A DNA stretch of 14,189 nt. Origin: Octopus sinensis. Taxonomy: Eukaryota. How positions within the stretch are numbered: position 1 is the first letter of the stretch; each line of letters starts with the position of its first letter. Positions 8,834 to 14,189 of this stretch are shown here, one piece after another. The DNA lies in contig NW_021825866.1 of the NCBI RefSeq assembly GCF_006345805.1, positions 1 to 14,189 on the forward strand, given 5' to 3'. The position numbers and the translations under genes were made by a program. The notes under the pieces are model-generated. The model had not been told where the DNA came from. It searched no databases and was given only the letters and a program-made list of their open reading frames with translations.

Positions 8834-9060
8834 TACACACACCACACACCATCATGCACACTCCCACACAAACGCATAATATCTGAACACAGACAATATA
8901 TGCCCCCACACACAAACAAGCACGTGATGCCTCAACACAAACAATACACACACACCACACACCATCATGCACACTCCACACCAAACGCATAATATCTGAA
9001 CACAGACAATATATGCCCCCACACACAAACAAGCACGTGATGCCTCAACACAAACAATAC
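8834..9060. repeat. 113-bp tandem duplication (2 copies)
   Basis: atcatgcac occurs at 8851 and 8964, and atctgaac at 8881 and 8994. The two units are near-identical. Confidence 0.95.
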
Positions 9061-9492
9061 ACACACACACACACACACACATACGCATGCAACACGCATA
9101 GACAAAGATAACTTTTGCCTACACACATACCCCATCCATATGCACACTATTTGGTCACAGACACACACACACATACACACGTGCACATACCACTTGAAAA
9201 AGCACACATCAACTGCTACACACAAGGCACACACACACACATTCTCACGCGTCAGACTCACTCGCCCCCATTCATAGATATACACATACACACTCACACA
9301 CACACCATTCTCACATACACACGCGCGCTTCTTGCGCACCTTATTTCGTTCGGATCACCATTATAATCTTCCTTTCACTTAACTTTTGTTTCTTTTTTTG
9401 CCAGTCATATCGCCATGTTGGACCGCTGAATTTTACACAGTTTCCCTCACTCCGGTTTTATTTTCTATTCTCTCCATTTTTTCCTCTTATTC

Positions 9493-9530
9493 CTTTCTGT
9501 CAAAGAGCGTAAGCTCGAAACGTGGTAGAC
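9493..9530 (+). ncRNA. Degenerate minimal hammerhead ribozyme motif (probably inactive)
   Basis: cttt-CTGTCAAA-GAGC-GTAA-GCTC-GAAAC-GT-G. Stem II is a perfect 4 bp with a GNRA loop, followed by GAAA and a palindromic ACGT stem III. The CUGANGA core and the NUH site are mutated. Confidence 0.5.
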
Positions 9531-9619
9531 TTTTCCATTTTTCCCCCAGCGTGAAACTAATAAACCTGCTTGTTGTTCATACACCTGTCTTCGTCTTCTG
9601 TTTTTCTCTAAATTTGAAT

Positions 9620-9700
9620 TATATGTGTGTGTGTATACATACACACACACACGCACACACATCACATATATACATAATGTACATTGTTGTGTATACATTC

Positions 9701-9739
<39 letters not shown>

Positions 9740-9866
9740 TACATATATATAAATCCATATATATATGCATATACATATATATATATACATATATACATAT
9801 ACATATATATAAATCCATATATATATATATGCATATACATATATATATACATATATACATTAATAT

Positions 9867-9917
<51 letters not shown>
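9620..9917. repeat. Compound (GT)/(CA)/(TA) microsatellite with an internal 60-bp duplication
   Basis: aaatccat recurs at 9751 and 9811. Confidence 0.9.
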
Positions 9918-9919
<2 letters not shown>

Positions 9920-10059
9920 GTAAACCTATATCTAATTTGTCCTCCAAACAAGCAGCGTTTATTTTGGTGAAATTTCTACTAGTTGAACAATTTCAATGGT
10001 CACCACCCGTCATCTTGGATTACACAGACAGATTATATTAGACTAGCAACAAATGAAAT

Positions 10060-10195
10060 GGCGGCGGCGGTGATGGTGGTGGTGGTGGTGGTGGTGGTGG
10101 TGGTGATGATGATGATGATGAGAAGGAGGAGGAGGAGGAGGAAGAGGAGGAGGATTAAATGGTGATGGTGATGAATATGAGGTTGATGGTGAGGA
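10060..10195. repeat. Compound trinucleotide repeat (GCG)(GTG)(ATG)(AGG)
   Basis: Read directly from the sequence. Confidence 0.95.
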
Positions 10196-10343
10196 TTTCT
10201 TATATACGTCACAGCAATACAGTTGAGCATTTATATACACTCGCTTTGACACTATATATAACTCGGTGTATTGAAAATGGCACCGGAATTTAAAATATGT
10301 AATACAAGATATGCACGCTAGATTTGCATATAGACATGCGAGA

Positions 10344-10740
10344 GCGTGTGTGTGTGTGTGTGTGTGTGTGTTGTGTGTGTGTGTGTGTGTGTGTAGATAT
10401 AGATAGGTCTACATATAAGCATGCACACTTACATACACACACATGTATAAATGTACATAAATACACACATTCAAGCATACACGACTACATTCGTTGAAAA
10501 GTATATAAACATACTTCCATGCTTACATCAATGCATACATACATACTTATATATATGCATCTATGCATCTATGCATATATGCATACATATATACATACAT
10601 ACATGTGAGTGTGAATACATACATACAGACACGCGTACGTACATACATACATATACAAATCCATATGAATACATACACGCGTACGTACATACATACATGC
10701 ATTCATATACACAAGCATATACACGCATGTATGTATATTA
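10344..10740. repeat. (GT)n and degenerate (TACA)/(TA) low-complexity block
   Basis: Read directly from the sequence. Confidence 0.9.
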
Positions 10741-10840
10741 ATATATGCAGCCATACTGGTTTACGTAATATTGGAAGTGGAACACCACAGCCTTTGTCAC
10801 AGCTTTTAATTGAAATCTAAATAATAAAACTCTGTTTCGT

Positions 10841-10897
10841 CTTTTTTTTTGTTACCTGGTACCAGTAATTGGGCCGTGACCATGCAGGGGAACTGCT
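10841..10897 (-). mobile_element. Old decayed copy of the same 3' tail
   Basis: The reverse complement AGCAGTTCCCCTGCATGGTCACGGCCCAATTACTGGTAC matches the tail consensus at about 28/39 by manual alignment and is followed by an A-run. Confidence 0.5.
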
Positions 10898-10940
10898 TTT
10901 GAGGGTTCCAATTGATTATATCTTAATACGTTGTTTTATT

Positions 10941-11035
10941 TACTACTACTACTACTACTACTAGCAATAATAATAATAATAATAATAATAATATTAATAA
11001 TGATGATGATGATGATAATAATAATAATAATAATA
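10941..11035. repeat. Compound trinucleotide repeat (CTA)(ATA)(ATG)(ATA)
   Basis: Read directly from the sequence. Confidence 0.95.
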
Positions 11036-11314
11036 AACTGTTTTCTTTTTTAGTTTTTGAGACTTGTTTTTTGCTTACACATATATATAGTAGATGTATG
11101 TAGATATATATATATATAGTTGTGCGCGCGTGCGCCAGTGAGTAGGTAGTTGCTGATAGTAGGTAGTTTGGTGTCATTTCATCCGTATCATTTTTAGATT
11201 TTAAACAATCCTAGAGGGAGTTTTTCTTTCCTAACCGCAAGAATTGATCGCAAATAGAACTCATTCAAGTCACTATATCACACACGTCCGATTCTTCTGC
11301 ATTCGCAGCTGAAC

Positions 11315-11393
11315 CTGCAGAATGCCCATCCCGTCACCATAAGGGTATATTCTCTGCAGCCCATTGATGGATATTGGCTCAGTAAGCAGTCTT
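11315..11393 (-). CDS. Candidate 79-bp exon RLLTEPISINGLQRIYPYGDGMGILQ
   Basis: Acceptor tttttgttaaatAG and a weak donor CAG|GTTCAG. It ends in phase 0, compatible with the 7364 candidate. A competing plus-strand reading exists. Confidence 0.25.
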
Positions 11394-11435
11394 CTATTTA
11401 ACAAAAACAACGATAACAACAGCAACAGTAACAAC

Positions 11436-11646
11436 AATAATAATAATGATATGGCCTGAAATTTGGGGGAAAGAGGCCAGTCGACTAGATCTACCCTAGT
11501 ACTACACTGGTACTTAATTTCTCGATCCCAAAAGGATGAAATACAAAGTCGACTTCGGCGGAATTTGAACTCAGAACGTCAAGATAGACGAAATGCTGCC
11601 AAGCAGTTTGTCCGACGCACTAACAATTCTGCTAACATGCCACCGT
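11436..11646 (-). mobile_element. SINE-B, full length, with a (TAA)n tail
   Basis: Reverse-complement homologue of 12324-12542 (actggtactt...aaggatgaaa...gtcgacttcggcggaatttgaactcagaacgt...ctaacaattctgc). Confidence 0.85.
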
Positions 11647-11671
11647 ATTATAGTGGTTTTAAAATTTTCTC

Positions 11672-11800
11672 CCAAGGCCAGCCATTTTGAGGAATGTAAC
11701 GGAAAGGCTCAGGCTCGAACTTCACTGAAATTTTATTTTATTGACCGCGAAAGAAGGAAAACAGAGTTGACCTCAGCGAGATTTGAACTCAGAACGTGAA
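11672..11800 (-). mobile_element. SINE-B, decayed partial copy
   Basis: caaggcc...gaaagaaggaaaacagagttgacctcagcgagatttgaactcagaacgt. Confidence 0.65.
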
Positions 11801-11830
11801 GTGCATAAGAAATGGTGGCTTCTGATTTAA

Positions 11831-11890
11831 GTACAAGGCCAACAGTTTTGATTGGAGGAAATAGTCGCCCCCATCGCCCCAGTATTTGAT
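11831..11890 (-). mobile_element. SINE-B 3' fragment
   Basis: gtacaaggccaacagtttt...ggaaatagtcg...catcgccccagta resembles the reverse complement of 12460-12525. Confidence 0.4.
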
Positions 11891-12107
11891 CTTATCGAGA
11901 TTTGCACACAGGACGAAATAGACCCGTAACAAATCCTGAAATGCGTTGGTGACAGTTGGTCTGGCCCTTTTGTCTGGCCCTTAGGCTGGCCCTTAGGTCT
12001 GAAATATCAGAGAAGAAAATACTTGATTGAAGGGACTTTATTTCATCGATCTTCAATGGAGATTTGAAATCAGAAGGTAGGAACCCAGAAGAAATATTGG
12101 TTTCACA

Positions 12108-12150
12108 TTTTGGCACAAGGCCAGCAATTTCGTGGGAGGGAGTAAGTCAC
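12108..12150 (-). mobile_element. SINE-B 3' fragment
   Basis: tttggcacaaggccagcaatttcgtgggagggagtaagtc resembles the reverse complement of the SINE-B 3' end. Confidence 0.45.
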
Positions 12151-12323
12151 CTTAGACCTGGAAGAAATATTGCAAATAATTTTGCTTGAAGGTCTAAAGC
12201 GGTGTTCCCAACCATTTTTTTTTCTTTTGGACCCTTTCCATTCCTATCTTACTCGGATGATTCCTCTGCGTCATTCGAAATTAGAAAATCTTATATTTTT
12301 TATTTTATTATTAGGAATTATAA

Positions 12324-12542
12324 AAGCGGTGAGCTGGCAGAATCGTTAGCACGCTCGACGAAATGTTTAGCGGTGTTTCGCCCGTCACCACGTTCTGAGT
12401 TCAAATTCCTCCGAGGTTGACTTTGCCTTTCATCCTCTCAGGGTCGAAAAACCAAGTACCAGTGAAACACTAGGGTTGATATAATCGACTAGTCCCCTTC
12501 CCGCAAATTTTAGGCCTTGTAGCTATAGTAGAAAATATTATT
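12324..12542 (+). mobile_element. tRNA-derived SINE family B, full length
   Basis: A-box-like TGGCAGAATCG (12335), B-box GAGTTCAAATTCC (12397-12409), a central domain gaggttgactttgcctttcatcct...gggtcga...aagtaccagt (resembles the Meta/Ceph-type SINE domains, from memory) and an ATT tail. Confidence 0.85.
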
Positions 12543-12623
12543 TAGGAGTTATATATAAAAAATTGGTTGAAATATTTTCTGCTGCAGAATTATAACCGAT
12601 TTATTGAACATAAATTTTAACAA

Positions 12624-12955
12624 CGGGCGTAACTGTATGGGAAGAAGCTTGCTTCCCAACCACATGGTCCTGGGTTCAGTTCCACTGCGCAGACTTCTAT
12701 TGTAGCCTCGGGTTGACAAAGCCTTATGAGTGGATTTGGTAGACGAACACTGAAAGAAGCCCGTTGTGTGTGTCTTTGTGTCTCCCCACCACCGCTTGTC
12801 AACCGGTGTTGGTGTGTTTACGTCCCCGTATTCTAGCGGCTCAGTGCAAGAGATCGATAGAATAAGTACCATGCTTAAGAAAAAAGTACTAGGATACTTC
12901 AAGGAGGTGCTCCAGGATGGCCGCAGTCTAATAACTGAAACAAGCAAAAGATAAA
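12624..12955 (+). mobile_element. tRNA-derived SINE family A, near full length
   Basis: Head with B-box-like GGGTTCAGTTCC, a core, an internal (GT)n, and a 3' half ending GGAGGTGCTCCAGGATGGCCGCAGTCTAATAACTGAAAC plus an A-rich tail. Homologous to 429-510, 636-810, 2903-3125 and 6978-7160. A possible decayed TSD is taaattttaaca (12611-12622) / taaatggtaaca (12952-12963). Confidence 0.85.
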
Positions 12956-13084
12956 TGGTAACAAAATCTTATGTGGAGCAGCAAGAAGCCGGGTTGAGAG
13001 CCATTGCTCTGAAGAGCACATCTACCACCCACCCCACTTAATTGTTTCTGACAGGGACACAGCGATAGCAACTCGGAGGGTGGC

Positions 13085-13275
13085 AATGAGTAGTTTAGTC
13101 TTTAAATCCACTCCGGTACTGGAATGATACTTTATGTATATTATCAACCCTGAAGGGATGAAAGGCGAAGTTGGCCTCGACGTGATTTGAACTCTAAATA
13201 CAAAGGGGCGTAACACAACACCGCCAAACATTTATTTAATATGTTGCTTTACTGAGCCTGCCGTCAGCCACCCTT
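13085..13275 (-). mobile_element. Old divergent SINE-B-like copy
   Basis: atcaaccctgaagggatgaaaggcgaagttggcctcgacgtgatttgaactc carries the central domain and the B-box in reverse. Confidence 0.7.
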
Positions 13276-13489
13276 AAATAAGAGCAACAGTGTCGTCAAT
13301 GACATCCGATTCCACATACAGATGTCGCCACCACCCTGTCGCACGACACGCCCCGAAACCAACACCACCACCTCCGCCAGCCACAGATGTTGTTTATATA
13401 TATTTTATTTTAGGACTAAACATTATATTATTTCACTAATAAATAATTTGGTGATTATTTTTAGAGCTACAAACTATATACATATATAT

Positions 13490-13590
13490 CTGTGTGTGTG
13501 TGTGTGTGTGTGTGTGTGGCTATATCTATGCATGTATATATATGTGTGTATATACGCACACACATACACACACATATACACACATACATA

Positions 13591-13638
<48 letters not shown>

Positions 13639-13915
13639 TACACACACACACACACATATACACATACACACATATATATATACACACAGATGGCAAGAGA
13701 AAGAAATATATGTATGTTTCTTATTGTGCACGCATGCGCGTGTATATGCGTCTATGCATATTGATATGCGCATGAGGGTGCTACCATAGTATTGGTATGT
13801 GCGTGTGTGTGTGTATGTGTGTGTGTGTGTATGTGCATGTGTGTGTATGTGTGTGTCTGTGTGTGTGTATGTGCGTGTGTGTGTGTGTGCGTGTGTGTGT
13901 GCGCGTGCGTGTTTC
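13490..13915. repeat. Compound (GT)/(TA)/(CA) microsatellites
   Basis: Read directly from the sequence. Confidence 0.95.
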
Positions 13916-14022
13916 TGTGCGTGGTTCTCTTGATCTGACGTTTTTATGTTTGACACTTTTCCTTCAAAATATGTCCTCGTGCCGCGCCTTTTGTTTCATT
14001 CAAACCACCGCCACCGCCTCGT

Positions 14023-14026
<4 letters not shown>

Positions 14027-14088
<62 letters not shown>

Positions 14089-14165
14089 TCCCTCTCTCAC
14101 CCTCTCTCTCTCTCTCTCCCTCTCTCTGTATGCTTACTCTTTATTTTTCTCTCTGTCTCTCTTTC
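14027..14165. repeat. (CT)n microsatellite
   Basis: Read directly from the sequence. Confidence 0.95.
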
Positions 14166-14189
14166 TCACTACCATGACTATTACGTCCA

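Larger units (their letters stand above)
8210..9620 (+). mobile_element. Decayed Penelope-like retroelement 3' part (GIY-YIG, CA-rich spacer, pseudo-LTR with hammerhead-like motif)
   Basis: The GIY-YIG remnant is followed on the same strand by a minimal hammerhead-like motif at 9493-9530. That both belong to a single insertion is inferred. Confidence 0.55.

Noticed and set aside
8834-9060. Possible CRISPR array or minisatellite
   Set aside because: There are only two contiguous 113-bp units with no unique spacers, in a eukaryotic context with no cas genes.
11958-11999. Three ctggccctt units
   Set aside because: This is a short local slippage duplication with no evidence of function.
13007-13018. 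CTGAAGAG as a hammerhead 5' core
   Set aside because: There is no downstream stem II and GAAA at a suitable distance.
907-14177. Dozens of ORFs rich in HT, YI, CV, SL or poly-V/M/R/H
   Set aside because: They are translations of stop-free microsatellite frames with no domain content.

Overview
AT-rich eukaryotic genomic DNA, extremely dense in microsatellites, with no prokaryotic features. The SINE families and repeat landscape look like a coleoid cephalopod, probably Octopus; this is recognised from memory, not from a database search. The window appears to be mostly intron of a minus-strand gene: one well-flanked exon at 6150-6238 and weaker phase-compatible candidates at 11315-11393, 7322-7364 and 1884-2099. 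It contains a 5'-truncated CR1/L2-group LINE (RT with YADD, one nonsense codon, one frameshift), a decayed Penelope-like element (GIY-YIG remnant plus a degenerate minimal hammerhead), about a dozen full or partial copies of two tRNA-derived SINE families, and a 107-bp inverted repeat bracketing the LINE. The strongest observation is that the LINE 3' end and the SINE-A 3' ends share a 39-nt tail whose terminal hairpin differs in sequence but is conserved in structure through compensatory changes. Nearly all ORFs in the supplied track are microsatellite artefacts.
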